A stretch of 64,000 bases of DNA from an uncultured Planctomycetaceae bacterium (GCA_963833985.1 CAWIAD010000002.1:640001-704000); one strand, 5' to 3'; numbered from the stretch's first letter, positions 11,367 to 21,835 are shown. Translations and numbers: made by a program. Notes: generated by a model not told the origin, from the letters alone.

Positions 11367-11978
11367 TCACCCGGCAAGTTGCCCGGTCACGAGCGGGCCG
11401 ATCTCGGTCCGCACGTCCTCCACAAAGTCCCGAAAGCCGGTGTGGGAAGCATGGAAGCACCGTTCCGGATCGACGAGACGCGCAATTCCGGTGAGGACGG
11501 CGAGAATCTCCGTTCCTTCTCGATTTGATCTGCCAATCAGGTCATTCAGGACAGACTTGGGATCACGCGTTCGCGAAATGGCGACGATTTCGGCGTCCAC
11601 ATCGAGTCCTAGTGCATCGCGGATGGCCGCGGGGTCATCCAGCAGCCAAGCTTCCCCGTGAGGACTGGCCTCACCGAAGGCCATGGGAAATGGAGGCTTC
11701 TCCATTCTAACCTTTTCACGCGCCGCTCGAAGCTGCTTCAACTTCTCTCCATGCTGGCTTTTGTCGCGGTCGACAACGGCGATCAGGCCCGCTGCGCCCG
11801 CGTCGAGCGCTTGTAGGAGAGCGAATCGAACCTTCTTCTGGTATCCCTTTCCCGCTTGATGAAGATGCGCCCGGTTGCGGGTGACTGGCTCGACCTCCGC
11901 GCCGAGGATACGCATGACGAGGTGGGGAACCGTGGCCGCATCGCGCTCACCGTCACCGACGAACAGAAGCGAGATCAT
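11367..11978 (-). CDS. DUF4276/TOPRIM-like putative nuclease, partner of the upstream ATPase
   Basis: LLFVGDGERD, AVVDRD, EAWLL and DPK motifs; its ATG overlaps the ATPase stop (ATGA). Confidence 0.65.
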   Translation of the reverse strand: MISLLFVGDGERDAATVPHLVMRILGAEVEPVTRNRAHLHQAGKGYQKKVRFALLQALDAGAAGLIAVVDRDKSQHGEKLKQLRAAREKVRMEKPPFPMAFGEASPHGEAWLLDDPAAIRDALGLDVDAEIVAISRTRDPKSVLNDLIGRSNREGTEILAVLTGIARLVDPERCFHASHTGFRDFVEDVRTEIGPLVTGQLAG

Positions 11979-12907
11979 TTCTTGACAAGTCCTTCTTCTC
12001 CCTGGTTGTACCAAACTTCCCCGAGCATGAATTCATCAAGAAAGAGGCCCAGCCTTTCCGCATCGACAGGCTCGGCCGTGCGGCTACCATCCGGATTGCG
12101 AGAAAACACGAGGACCTGGTCGGTCTCAACATCGAGGCAATCGAGTAAGTAAGGCGAGTGAGTCGTGAGGATGACCTGTACTGGGTGGCTTCCATGCTTT
12201 CCTTCGGTAATCTCCCGGAGTAGGCCGATGACATCGGCCAGCCTGCGGGGGTGGACACCCGTTTCCGGTTCCTCCACCAAAATGATCTTGGGGGGCGAAG
12301 GATGATAAGTCAGCGCGACGAAGAAAAGGAGGAGCCGGACCCCCGCAGAGGCTTCTTCCGCGTGCAGGCGAAAGCCATTCTCGATCACCAGGTCAAGCCG
12401 GCGTTCCGAGGGGTGGGGCGTCGCGATCTCGATGTCTTGCAGGCCTGGCACGTGCTGCTTGAGCTTTTCGACCACGCCGAAGAAACGGGCGCGGTCGCGT
12501 CGCAACAGGTAATCGAGCAGTCCCGGTACCCCATCTCCCGAACGTCCCAGTTGCTGTGCTCCGGCCTGGTCGTTGTAGCCGTCAGACGTCATGTTCACGC
12601 CGGACACGGGAAGCTGAAAGACCTGGGCCTGAGTGATACCAGGGTTGGGTGGAAGATTGCCGCTCGTACCCATGCGCGCCAGGCCCCCTCTGTCGAGAGT
12701 TCCCTCGACCAGAATAGGGCGGTTCTGCTCGTGTCGATAGTGATCCGTCGGCTGGAACTGGGCTGGCTGGCTTCCGAGCAAGTCCACTGCCCTCAGGAAA
12801 GAGGATTTTCCTGAATCGTTCCTGCCAATCAAAACGGTCAGCGGGCGAAGCGGGACATCAATATGAACGAAGGACCGGAAACCCTGGATTTTGATCTGAT
12901 TGAGCAT
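11975..12907 (-). CDS. ABC-type ATPase (AAA_15/AAA_21-like)
   Basis: IQGFRSF, Walker A GRNDSGKS, signature ASAG, Walker B/D-loop ILVEEPETGVHP, H-loop ILTTHSPYLL. Confidence 0.9.
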   Translation of the reverse strand: MLNQIKIQGFRSFVHIDVPLRPLTVLIGRNDSGKSSFLRAVDLLGSQPAQFQPTDHYRHEQNRPILVEGTLDRGGLARMGTSGNLPPNPGITQAQVFQLPVSGVNMTSDGYNDQAGAQQLGRSGDGVPGLLDYLLRRDRARFFGVVEKLKQHVPGLQDIEIATPHPSERRLDLVIENGFRLHAEEASAGVRLLLFFVALTYHPSPPKIILVEEPETGVHPRRLADVIGLLREITEGKHGSHPVQVILTTHSPYLLDCLDVETDQVLVFSRNPDGSRTAEPVDAERLGLFLDEFMLGEVWYNQGEEGLVKK

Positions 12908-12948
12908 GAAGGTTCCCCGACTTTTGAAGGCCCCATGCCCGACACTTG

Positions 12949-12977
12949 ATATTAGACCTGGAGCCTGTGTTGGGCAA
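12949..12977 (-). promoter_or_regulatory. Sigma70-like promoter for the ATPase-DUF4276 operon
   Basis: Minus strand TTGCCC-N17-TAATAT, about 40 bp upstream of ATG 12907. Confidence 0.55.
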
Positions 12978-12990
12978 AGTATGTTGGCCC

Positions 12991-13029
12991 TGGTTCCGCA
13001 ACCATCTCGACGGCTCCGCCGCGTGTTGA
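12991..13029 (+). repeat. Direct repeat copy 2 (displaced asnB 3' end)
   Basis: Encodes WFRNHLDGSAAC* versus WFRNHLDGSAGG* in asnB. Confidence 0.95.
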
Positions 13030-13160
13030 TCCTGTGCGGCGAAGCGGGGACAAGGAAGCCGACGCCCACGAGTTCAGCGGAGGCAAGCCCACGGTCTCCG
13101 TAGAGGCCCGGCTCAGGGCCGAGGAGTTCAGCCGGCGCCCTGCGAGTGATCGCACCGTCG

Positions 13161-14603
13161 TCACCCCAGCTTCGGCACATAGGTTAGACCTCCCCGTGGA
13201 AAAACGTGGAGGCGCGGCGAAGCGCGGCGCTCCCGAGGTAACGACTCGATCGCCGCCCGCCAGAGGGCGTCCTGGGAGGCGAAGACGCGCACCGGACCGA
13301 GCCGGGGGCCGATCATCTCATGGAGCAGGGGCGCGTAGACCAGCACGGTGCGGTCGACGACCAGCTCGCGGGCCCAGCGGAGCATGAAGGCGCTGGGGGA
13401 GCCCGCGGCCGAAAGGGCTAGGTGGACCATGGGCACGAGTCTGCGAATCGCCCAGCCGCCTGGGGCGCCGGTGGACGCGATCCAGCGCAGGGCCGATCGC
13501 GGGAAAGACCGCGCGATCTCATTCGGATCGCTCCAGAAGAATCCCGCGAGCACGCCGCCCGGCTTGCAGGCGGCGCGATGGTGCAGCAAGACCTTGAAGC
13601 TTTGCATCGGATCGCCGGGCCAGGGGTGGTTGCCGGCCACAAGAATATCGGCGGGCACCTCGGGCTGAACCTCGAACCTGCGGCGGACCTCGGCTGCCAG
13701 ATCAAGCTGCACGCTTTCGGGCCGCCCGGCCAGGATCCGGAAGATCTGTCCCGGTCCGCCAATCACGTGGCTGATCGACACGCAAGGGCCCAGCCGCTCG
13801 GCGGCCTCGGCGATGGCCTGCCGCATCGGGTTGGTGGCCGCGCTCTGTCCCAGAAGCGAGCCCGCGTCTCCGCTGTCCAGCCCCTGGCCATGCAGAGCGC
13901 CCAGGGTGGAGCGGTGACTTGTTCCGGGCAGGATCAGCTTGTAGCCGCCTCCGAAACCGGCCTGGAGATGCGGCAGGACCGAGCCCAGGAGGACCCGCAA
14001 ATCAGCCCTCGCTACGGGCCGGAAGACCCGGACCGGAATGCCGCGCTCCGTCGTTCCCAGATCATCGTAGGCGAGGTGATCGTCCACGGGCGGGCTGAAG
14101 CAGCGATACGCGGACACGATCGGATCACCGAGCCTCTGTTTCATCGCGTCGTCATCAACGGCCTGGTGCCGCCCCACGCCAACGCTGATCGTCACGTCCT
14201 CGGGGCGGAGACCCCCGGCGTGCAACCGCCGCAGGATGATGGGCAGGGCGGCACGCACCGGGGTCCAGCGTGAAGGATCGTCCACCACGATCGCCACCGT
14301 CGAGCCGGTACGCACCCGCGATTCCAGTGGAGCGGAGTCCACGGGCGCAGCCAGGGCCGCTTCAAGGGCAGCCTCGTAGTTCTCCACCGCTGCCGCGAGA
14401 TCAGGCTGGAACACCGAGTGCAGGGACGGCAACTTCGCCCACGGCCATTGCAGGCCCAGCGTTGCATCCGGACCCCAGGGTAGGTCACATAAAGGCAAAC
14501 CGCGCCTCCTGGAGTCCGCGTAGCCTGGATCCTCATGAACGGCAGAGCTATCCCGGGGCGCATCATTCATTCCGGCAGGTTCCCGACGGTCCTTCGATGG
14601 CAT
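13161..14603 (-). CDS. LarA-like (lactate racemase domain/DUF2088) protein
   Basis: IVVDDPSRWTP, GVGRH and PHLQAGFGGGYKLILPG motifs. Confidence 0.8.
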   Translation of the reverse strand: MPSKDRREPAGMNDAPRDSSAVHEDPGYADSRRRGLPLCDLPWGPDATLGLQWPWAKLPSLHSVFQPDLAAAVENYEAALEAALAAPVDSAPLESRVRTGSTVAIVVDDPSRWTPVRAALPIILRRLHAGGLRPEDVTISVGVGRHQAVDDDAMKQRLGDPIVSAYRCFSPPVDDHLAYDDLGTTERGIPVRVFRPVARADLRVLLGSVLPHLQAGFGGGYKLILPGTSHRSTLGALHGQGLDSGDAGSLLGQSAATNPMRQAIAEAAERLGPCVSISHVIGGPGQIFRILAGRPESVQLDLAAEVRRRFEVQPEVPADILVAGNHPWPGDPMQSFKVLLHHRAACKPGGVLAGFFWSDPNEIARSFPRSALRWIASTGAPGGWAIRRLVPMVHLALSAAGSPSAFMLRWARELVVDRTVLVYAPLLHEMIGPRLGPVRVFASQDALWRAAIESLPRERRASPRLHVFPRGGLTYVPKLG

Positions 14604-14846
14604 ACCCTTACACTCCGAGGAACCACGCTACTGCCCTCGAGCGAATTCGCCAAGGAGGCGTTCCGTCCTGGCACACCCGATCCGCAGAACGGCGCCATCG
14701 CATGAATACCAACACCGCATGCACTCAGCAAGGAGATCGCCGGCACTTCTTTTGAGTCGTTGCAGGCGCTGGCCGATATACAAGGAAAGGCGATTTGCCC
14801 GGCATGGTCCCGGTGCGGGCGTCGCAGCCGCGAGGTGAGGTGAGCG

Positions 14847-16216
14847 ATGGATCGTTCCAGAGGAAAAGCTCGGCGGTCAGTACGGTTACCGCTTGGCAAC
14901 GAGACGCTCGAGCCCAGAGAGTTGCTCAGCAACGGCGGCTGGCCTCCCTATATCTCGACGGCGCAACTGTACAATCTGCTCAACAATCCCCCCGGCTATC
15001 CCGCGGTTCGCCCGAACACGCCGGTCCTTCCCTACGGTGTGGCGTCGAAGCTGGCGACGTATGTGGATCCATCAGCTCACGTCATCAACGGCTACGCCGT
15101 GATCATCGGCGCGCCCAGCTTCATCGGTCCGTACTCCACGCTCAACGCCCACGGCGGCATCATCAAGATTGGCAGCGGGACGGACATCCTGGATAACGCG
15201 ACGGTCGTGGCCAACCCCTTGCACCCGCACACGGCCCCCGCTCCCGAGGCCCAGATCGGCGATCACGTCCTGGTCGGCTACGGTGCCACGATCCTGGGAC
15301 CGAGCACCATCGGCGCATTCGGGTCCGCGGCCAAGGCGACAGAGATCGGCCCCGGGGCACTCATCGATCAGGCCAACATCGAGCCCGGGGCAATCGTCTC
15401 GCGCTTGCCCGAGTCGGCCCGGGCGTCACGGTTCCTTCCGGCCTCATGGTGCTGCCGGGCAAGAACGTGACCACGAACGCGGAAGCCTCGGATCCCGCGC
15501 TGGGGATGGTCGTACCGGTCACGACCAGCGAGATCAATGCGATCGGCACCCAGTTACAGGCCAATCAATCACTGGGAACCGGGTATAACACGCTCTACCA
15601 GGGGCAGTCGGCGACGGGCCCGAGCCCGGGCGCGCCAAAGACCGTCAGCGGGGTCTACAATGGCGACCTGGCAACGGTTGAGGGGGCCGGATCGCAGCCC
15701 GGCTCACCGACGGCGAGCACGCCCTACTTACCGGAAGGCACCGGTCCGAAGTTCCCTTCACCAGCCCTGGGTCCGGTCACAGGCCTGCTGTTCAATTTCC
15801 CCGCTCGGGTGACCGGCGCGGTGAACTTCAACCAGCGCGCTCATTCCGTGGCCCATCGCCTGGGCCGCAGCAACGCGATCCGCGCCGATATGGGCGAAAC
15901 GATCACCATCGGCTCGATTGGCAGGACTGGGAATGGAGTGACGATCAACTCTCCTGGCGGGACACTGACAATCGGGCAGAATCTTGTCGCCGGCAGCGGC
16001 ACCACCATTCTCGGGGGCGCCACCGGCACCAAGACAACCCTCGGCGACAACGTCACCATCGGCAGCAACGCCGTGCTCTCCGGCACCTCGCTGGGTACCG
16101 GCTCAACGGTCGGCGACCATGCCTACCTGCTCAATTCGACGTTCCCGGCCGGGACCCAGGTCCCTGCCGGAGCGATCTACGAGAACAACAAGCTCGTCGG
16201 CTTCGTCGAGTGGTAA
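14847..16216 (+). CDS. Left-handed beta-helix (gamma-carbonic-anhydrase-like fold) protein with LEPRxLL-type export motif (frameshift near 15400)
   Basis: N-terminal ETLEPRELLS; hexapeptide repeats (IGAPSFIGPY, IGSGTDILDNA, LGDNVTIGSNA); ORFs 14847-15470 and 15446-16216 join as AIVS/LARVGPGVTVPSGLMV. Confidence 0.7.
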
Positions 16217-16647
16217 AGGCCGGTTGAGCGAGCATGGACGATTCGAAGCAGGCACTCCCTCCCGGCGTCCGCACATAACCTCAGGTGCTTGACTTGCGGA
16301 CCCGGGCCGCTTATGGTCAACGCGGAACGACTGTCCGAAGAACGTCAAGAGGACTTCCGGGCCGCCGATCCCGGTAAAGATACGTTGGCACGGTCGTGTG
16401 CCTCTGTTGTGCTGGCAGGGCTCCAAGGCGGACATCTGCGACGATTGCAATCTCGGGCGCCGGGGACGCAGAATTCCCGGGTTGTCCGTATGAACGGCCC
16501 GCGGGAACGCAGGGCGGGTCACCGTACATCTCCAGCTGCTGCGCAGGCTTCAAGAATTCACTCCAGAGTTTCTTGTGCGACTGCGCCATGCCATTGCCAT
16601 GGAAGCCCGAAATCCGCGGGCAACCGCTGAAAAAAAGAGAGAAAGAG

Positions 16648-16704
16648 CTTTTTTTGCATTTGCAGCATTTTCTGCTTGACTCAGGCCGGCGAGTACGTCA
16701 GGAT
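16648..16704 (+). promoter_or_regulatory. Conserved operator + sigma70-like promoter of PHA operon 1
   Basis: CTTTTTTTGCATTTGCAGCATTTTCTGC then TTGACT-N17-CAGGAT; aligns with 42728-42784. Confidence 0.65.
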
Positions 16705-16741
16705 GAGGTGGTGAGCGAGTCACAGCCCCATCTGGAGGTGA

Positions 16742-17218
16742 ATGATGTTTGATATGATTCTGGAAAACTACCGCAAGGCCACGGAATCGACGATGAAGCT
16801 CCAGCAGGACGTGCTGCGGAACTGGACGATGCAGTGGCCGCAGATGTTCGGGGGGAGCACTTACGGGTTCCCCTTCATGGGAGGTTCGGCCGTCGGATCG
16901 GCCATGCCGGGCGCGGCACTGCTCGAGCAGTGGAGCGAGGCACGGAAGAAGTGGGCCGACACGGTCACCGAGATGCTCAACAAGCATCGCGAGTCCCTCG
17001 ACGCCCAGTACAAGGCCGGAATCTGCACCATCGAAGAAGCGTTCAAGGTGGGCGATGCGAAGGACCCCCAGCAGTTCCGCAAGCTCACCGAGGAGCTCTG
17101 GAAGCAGAGCTTCGAGTGCCTCAAGACCGTGGCCGAGGCGCAGACGCGAGACGTCCAGTCCGCGATGGAAAAGTGGTACGAAGCGGCATCCAAGACCGCC
17201 TCGGGTCTGAAGGTCTGA
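16742..17218 (+). CDS. Phasin-like PHA granule-associated protein, paralog 1
   Basis: Amphipathic helical 158 aa protein heading the phaA-E-B-C operon; clear paralog of 42940-43371 (ENYRKATE, LDAQY, TEELW.KSF/QSF). The phasin role is inferred from context. Confidence 0.6.
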   Translation: MMFDMILENYRKATESTMKLQQDVLRNWTMQWPQMFGGSTYGFPFMGGSAVGSAMPGAALLEQWSEARKKWADTVTEMLNKHRESLDAQYKAGICTIEEAFKVGDAKDPQQFRKLTEELWKQSFECLKTVAEAQTRDVQSAMEKWYEAASKTASGLKV

Positions 17219-17343
17219 GCCAGGCAAAACTCCCCGGCCAGAAACGCGGCCAGGGTACAGCTCGCCGTAGGGACAGGAAACCGCCCAGGATGGGTTACAA
17301 CATTCACTGATAAGCATGTTCTGCAGCGTCGAGGACCGAGACG

Positions 17344-18527
17344 ATGGCAAGTATTCAGACGATGATCGTGGGGGGCGTGAGAACGCCCATGGGCGCCTTC
17401 ATGGGGGCCCTTGCCGGAGTTCCGGCGGCCCATCTGGGGGCCAGTTGTGTCAAGGCGCTCCTGGAGCGTACGGGCGTGCCGCCTGACCGGGTGGATGAGG
17501 TGGTGATGGGCACCTGCATCGCCGCGGGCCAGGGAATGAACCCGGCACGGCAGGTGGCGATCCTCGGCGGCCTTGCCAAAACCACGCACGCGGTGACCAT
17601 CAACGAGGCCTGCGCCTCGGGGATGCGTGCCGCAATGCTCGTCGACCAGATAATCCGCGTGGGCGACGCGGGCGTGGGCATCGCCGGCGGCATGGAGAAC
17701 ATGAGCCGGCCGCCCTACATGCTGTTGAAGGGCCGCGAGGGCTACCGCCTGGGCAACAGCGAGGTGATCGACGCCCTGATGTACGACGGGCTCACCGACG
17801 CCTACAGTAACAAGCCGATGGGCACGTTCGCGGATCAGTGCGCGACCAAGTTCGGCATCACCCGGCAGCAGCAGGACGATTTCGCGGTCGAGAGCCACGC
17901 TCGAGCCGCAAGGCAGTCGCTGACAAGGTATTCGTGGATGAAATTGCTCCCGTGTCGATCACCGTCCGGGGCAAGACCAGCACGGTCGGCGAAGACGAGG
18001 GGCTGAACAAGTTCGACGAGGCGAAGATGCGCGGCCTGCGCGCCGCCTTCAACGCCGACGGCACGGTCACCGCCGGCAACGCCTCGAGCATCAACGACGG
18101 AGCCGCGGCGCTGTTGCTGGCCTCGGCCGAGAAGTGCCAGTCTCTGGGGTTGAAGCCCCAGGCCCGAATCGTCGGCGCAGCGATTCACAGTCAAGAGCCC
18201 GATTGGTTCACGACGGCACCCATCGGCGCGGTGAAAAAGCTGCTCGACAAGGTCGGCTGGAGCGTCTCCGAGGTCGATCTCTTCGAGCTCAATGAGGCGT
18301 TCGCCGTCGTCGCACTGGCCTGCGGTAGGGAGCTGGGGCTTACACCCGAGAAGACCAACATTTACGGCGGGGCTGTTCCTCTCGGCCACCCCATCGGCTG
18401 CAGTGGGGCGCGGATCCTGGTCACGCTGATGACGGGACTGAAGCGCACCGGCGGCAAGCGCGGCGTCGGCGCCCTCTGCGTGGGCGGCGGCGAGGGGATT
18501 GCGATGGCCATCGAGATGGTCGGCTGA
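17344..18527 (+). CDS. phaA: Acetyl-CoA acetyltransferase (beta-ketothiolase; frameshift near 17905)
   Basis: RTPMG, INEACASGM, AGGMENMS, VTAGNASSINDGAAA, ELNEAFA, GHPIGCSG, LCVGGGEG. Confidence 0.92.
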
Positions 18528-18555
18528 CCGTTCGCCCTGCCAGGAGAGAAGACCA

Positions 18556-18987
18556 ATGCCATCGACCGATACGAGGATCAAGCCAAACTCGAGCCCGGCC
18601 GCGGATCCCAGCGGCATGATCGCGTCGTTCTGGACCCAGTGGCTGGAGCAGTCGACGCGGGGAACGCAGGCACTGCTCGAGGCGGTGCAAGCCGCCGGCG
18701 ACCCGCAGCAGATTCAGCGCCACTGGGTCGACGCCGTCGCACGCAGCCTCGACGAATTCATGCGTACGCCCACGTTCCTCCAGCTCCTGAGCAATAACCT
18801 GAAGGCGATGACCGATCTGAAGGGAATGCAAGACCAGGTCATCCAGGATACGGCCCGGCATTTCGGACTGCCGCTCGCCGCGGATATCACCGGCCTGTTC
18901 GAGCGATTGCACAGCACCGAACAGACCATCCTCAGCCGGCTGGACGCCATCGAACAGCGGCTTGCCGGCATCGAATCCAAGCATTGA
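18556..18987 (+). CDS. Short PhaE-like class III PHA synthase subunit, paralog 1
   Basis: 143 aa helical protein; DEFMRTPTF and FGLPLAADITGLFERL followed by a coiled coil resemble the PhaE C-terminus; lies between phaA and phaB. Confidence 0.65.
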   Translation: MPSTDTRIKPNSSPAADPSGMIASFWTQWLEQSTRGTQALLEAVQAAGDPQQIQRHWVDAVARSLDEFMRTPTFLQLLSNNLKAMTDLKGMQDQVIQDTARHFGLPLAADITGLFERLHSTEQTILSRLDAIEQRLAGIESKH

Positions 18988-19064
18988 GTGGACTGGCTAC
19001 AGCGATTGATCTCTCTGGTTCCGTTCGGAGCTCTTGAAAATGTCAACGGGCAGCGAAGCCCCCA

Positions 19065-19838
19065 GTGTCGGAAGAGGAATCCGCAGTACCGGATTTCACC
19101 CTGGCGGGAAAGAAGGCGTTTGTCACCGGTAGCTCGCGGGGGATCGGCCGGGCCGTTGCCCTGGCCCTGGCCCATGCAGGGGCTGATGTCGCCATCAGTT
19201 GCAACACAGGGGGCGCGGCCGCCGAGGAGGTCGTCTCCACGATCCGGAAGATGAACCGCAAGGCCCACTACTACGCGCACAACGTGGCCCTGGAGTCGGA
19301 AATCGAGGCGATGTGCAACGAGGTCAAGCGCGACTTCGGCACCATCGACATCCTCGTGAACAACGCGGCCATCAACCGCGACCGCACCTTCAAGAAGTTG
19401 ACCAAGGAGGCCTGGGACGAGGTCATCACCACCGACCTCACCAGCGTGTTCCTCGTCACCAAGCATTTCATCGACGCGATGGCCGAGCGGGGCTGGGGCC
19501 GTGTGATCAACATGTCCAGCATGTCGGGCGAAATCGGCAACTACGGGCAGGCCAACTACGCGGCCGCCAAGGCCGGCATGATCGGCCTGACCAAGACGCT
19601 CGCCCGCGAGTATGCCCGCAAGAGCGTCACCGTCAACGCCGTGGCGCCGGGGTTCACCCGCACCCGCATGACCGAAGGCATTCCCGACAAGGCAATGGAG
19701 CTGGTGCTGGCCGCAACCCCGTTAGGACGCATGGGTGAACCCGTTGAAATTGCTGCCGGGGTCGTCTACCTGGCCTCCCCATCGGCCGGCTTCGTCACCG
19801 GCCAGGTGCTCGACATCAACGGGGGGTTCGCGATGTAA
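19065..19838 (+). CDS. phaB: Acetoacetyl-CoA reductase (SDR)
   Basis: TGSSRGIG, LVNNAAINRD, GNYGQANYAAAKAG, VNAVAPGF; pha operon context. Confidence 0.85.
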   Translation: MSEEESAVPDFTLAGKKAFVTGSSRGIGRAVALALAHAGADVAISCNTGGAAAEEVVSTIRKMNRKAHYYAHNVALESEIEAMCNEVKRDFGTIDILVNNAAINRDRTFKKLTKEAWDEVITTDLTSVFLVTKHFIDAMAERGWGRVINMSSMSGEIGNYGQANYAAAKAGMIGLTKTLAREYARKSVTVNAVAPGFTRTRMTEGIPDKAMELVLAATPLGRMGEPVEIAAGVVYLASPSAGFVTGQVLDINGGFAM

Positions 19839-19988
19839 CCGTGCCCCGGCGCCCTCTGCCGGCTGCCGGGACGATCTCGGATGCGGGGGCCAGCTTGCCC
19901 GCCGGCCCCTGCTTTGCCCTGGACTCTTCGCCGCTCCTTCCGCGATACCGGCGGCAGCGACATGACTCGATCGGAAAGGCAAGACACC

Positions 19989-21128
19989 ATGGCCAATGAT
20001 ATGAGCGATATCGCTCTGGGACTCCAGAAAGAGTGGTTCAACCAGGCCCTCGCCCAGCAGAAGGCCCTCTACGAAACAACACTCAAGATGTGGAGCCGCC
20101 TCTTCGCGATCCCCAGGGTCGTCGACCAGGCGCGCGACGTCAAGGTCGGCACCACCCCCTCGGAGATCGTCTACGAGGAAGACTCCCTGCGCCTGGTCCG
20201 CTACCGTCGCGACACGCCGGCCGTCTACGCCGAGCCGGTTCTCATCTGCTACGCACTGGTCAACCGCCCCTATATCGTCGATCTCCAGTCCGATCGTAGC
20301 GTGGTCCGGCAGTTGCTGGCCCGTGGCTTCGAGGTCTACCTCATCGACTGGGGCGTCCCCTCGGCTGCCGACCGCAGCATGACCCTCAAGGATTACATCG
20401 ACGGTCTCATGAAGAACTGCGCCGAGGTCGTGCGCAAGCGTCACCAGGTCCAGAGCCTGCACCTGGTGGGCTACTGCATGGGCGGCACGATGTCGACCAT
20501 TTTCACCGCGCGCAACCCCGAGATCGTCAAGTCGCTCACCATCATGGCCGCGCCGATCGACTTCGGAGCGGGCAAGGACGAGTCGCTGGTGACTTTCTGG
20601 TCCAACCCCGACTACTTCGATGTCGACGCTCTGATCGACGCCTTCGGCAACGTACCGGCCACCTTCCTCCAGGCGAGCTTCGGCATGATGAAGCCGGTCC
20701 AGAACTACTACAGCAAGTACATCACCTTCTTCGACAAGATGGACGACGGGAAGTTCATCGAAAACTACTTTGCCATGGAGAAATGGGGCAACGATAACAT
20801 CCCGGTTGCCGGCGAGACCTTCCGCGAGTTCGTCAAGAAGCTCTACCAGCGCAACGAGCTCATCAAGGGCGAGTTCAAGCTGGGCGACGAGCTTGTCGAG
20901 CTGAGCAAGATCACCTGCCCGCTACAGATCCTCATGGCCAGCGCCGACCACCTGGTGCCGCCGTGTCAGAGCGAGTCCCTCAAGTCCCGGGTGGGCTCGA
21001 AGGACGTCAAGTGCCGGACGCTCGACGCCGGCCACATCGGCCTCTCGGTCAGCTCCAAGGCCCACAAGGCCTTCTGGCCCGAGGTTACCCAGTGGCTGGC
21101 TGACCGCTCTGGTCGCGTGAGCTACTGA
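19989..21128 (+). CDS. phaC: Class III poly(3-hydroxyalkanoate) synthase subunit
   Basis: 379 aa; VGTTPSEIVY, YALVNRPYIVDLQ, DWG, lipase box GYCMGG, catalytic D (ADHLVP) and H (AGHIG). Confidence 0.92.
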   Translation: MANDMSDIALGLQKEWFNQALAQQKALYETTLKMWSRLFAIPRVVDQARDVKVGTTPSEIVYEEDSLRLVRYRRDTPAVYAEPVLICYALVNRPYIVDLQSDRSVVRQLLARGFEVYLIDWGVPSAADRSMTLKDYIDGLMKNCAEVVRKRHQVQSLHLVGYCMGGTMSTIFTARNPEIVKSLTIMAAPIDFGAGKDESLVTFWSNPDYFDVDALIDAFGNVPATFLQASFGMMKPVQNYYSKYITFFDKMDDGKFIENYFAMEKWGNDNIPVAGETFREFVKKLYQRNELIKGEFKLGDELVELSKITCPLQILMASADHLVPPCQSESLKSRVGSKDVKCRTLDAGHIGLSVSSKAHKAFWPEVTQWLADRSGRVSY

Positions 21129-21835
21129 GGGGGCCTGAGCGCCTTCGCTTCCCAGGGTCGGGCGGAACTGAGAACGAGTGACCCTCAATGCACTCGTCGC
21201 CAGTTTCGCCTTTCTTTTTTCCGTCCTGAACCTGGATAGCCCGGCGATCGTTCGAGATACCCGGAAGTGGCCTACGGCTTCGAAGGCATCGCCTCGGGCG
21301 TGCGGGTTCCACGAAGTGAGGATTCCAGCTCGCGAACGAATGCGCCCGTTTCCCACCTCTCGCGAACACCGGCTGGCAGGATCATTCATGAGGTCCCGCA
21401 AGCTCAACCGGCGACACGCCTCGTCCAGAGCGAAGAACCATCGCGCCTCGCTTCGTTACCGCCACGAGCATGGCATGGAGCAGACGCTCTTCGTTACTGC
21501 CTCACGGGTAGAACACTGACAAGGTGATCGCGAGCCGCAGGCATCCCGCCATCTGACTTGCAGTATAAGGTCCAGTCTGAACGAATCCGAGATCGCTCCG
21601 TTCAATCATCTCCTACTTCGTTGAATAGCTCGCCCGAACGGGCCGGGATGACAAGCGCTTCTATCCTGTAAGCCAGATCGGGGACAAGTCTTGCCCAATA
21701 GCTCGGGCATCCAGGTCTCCCACCTCGGGTTGCTTCAAGCAAATGACCACTCGGCATGAAAAATGCTTCAAGTCTGTGCCTGAGTATGGCTGCAATCCAG
21801 CCGGCCCGAACGTCTCCCAGGCGGTATCAAACTCG

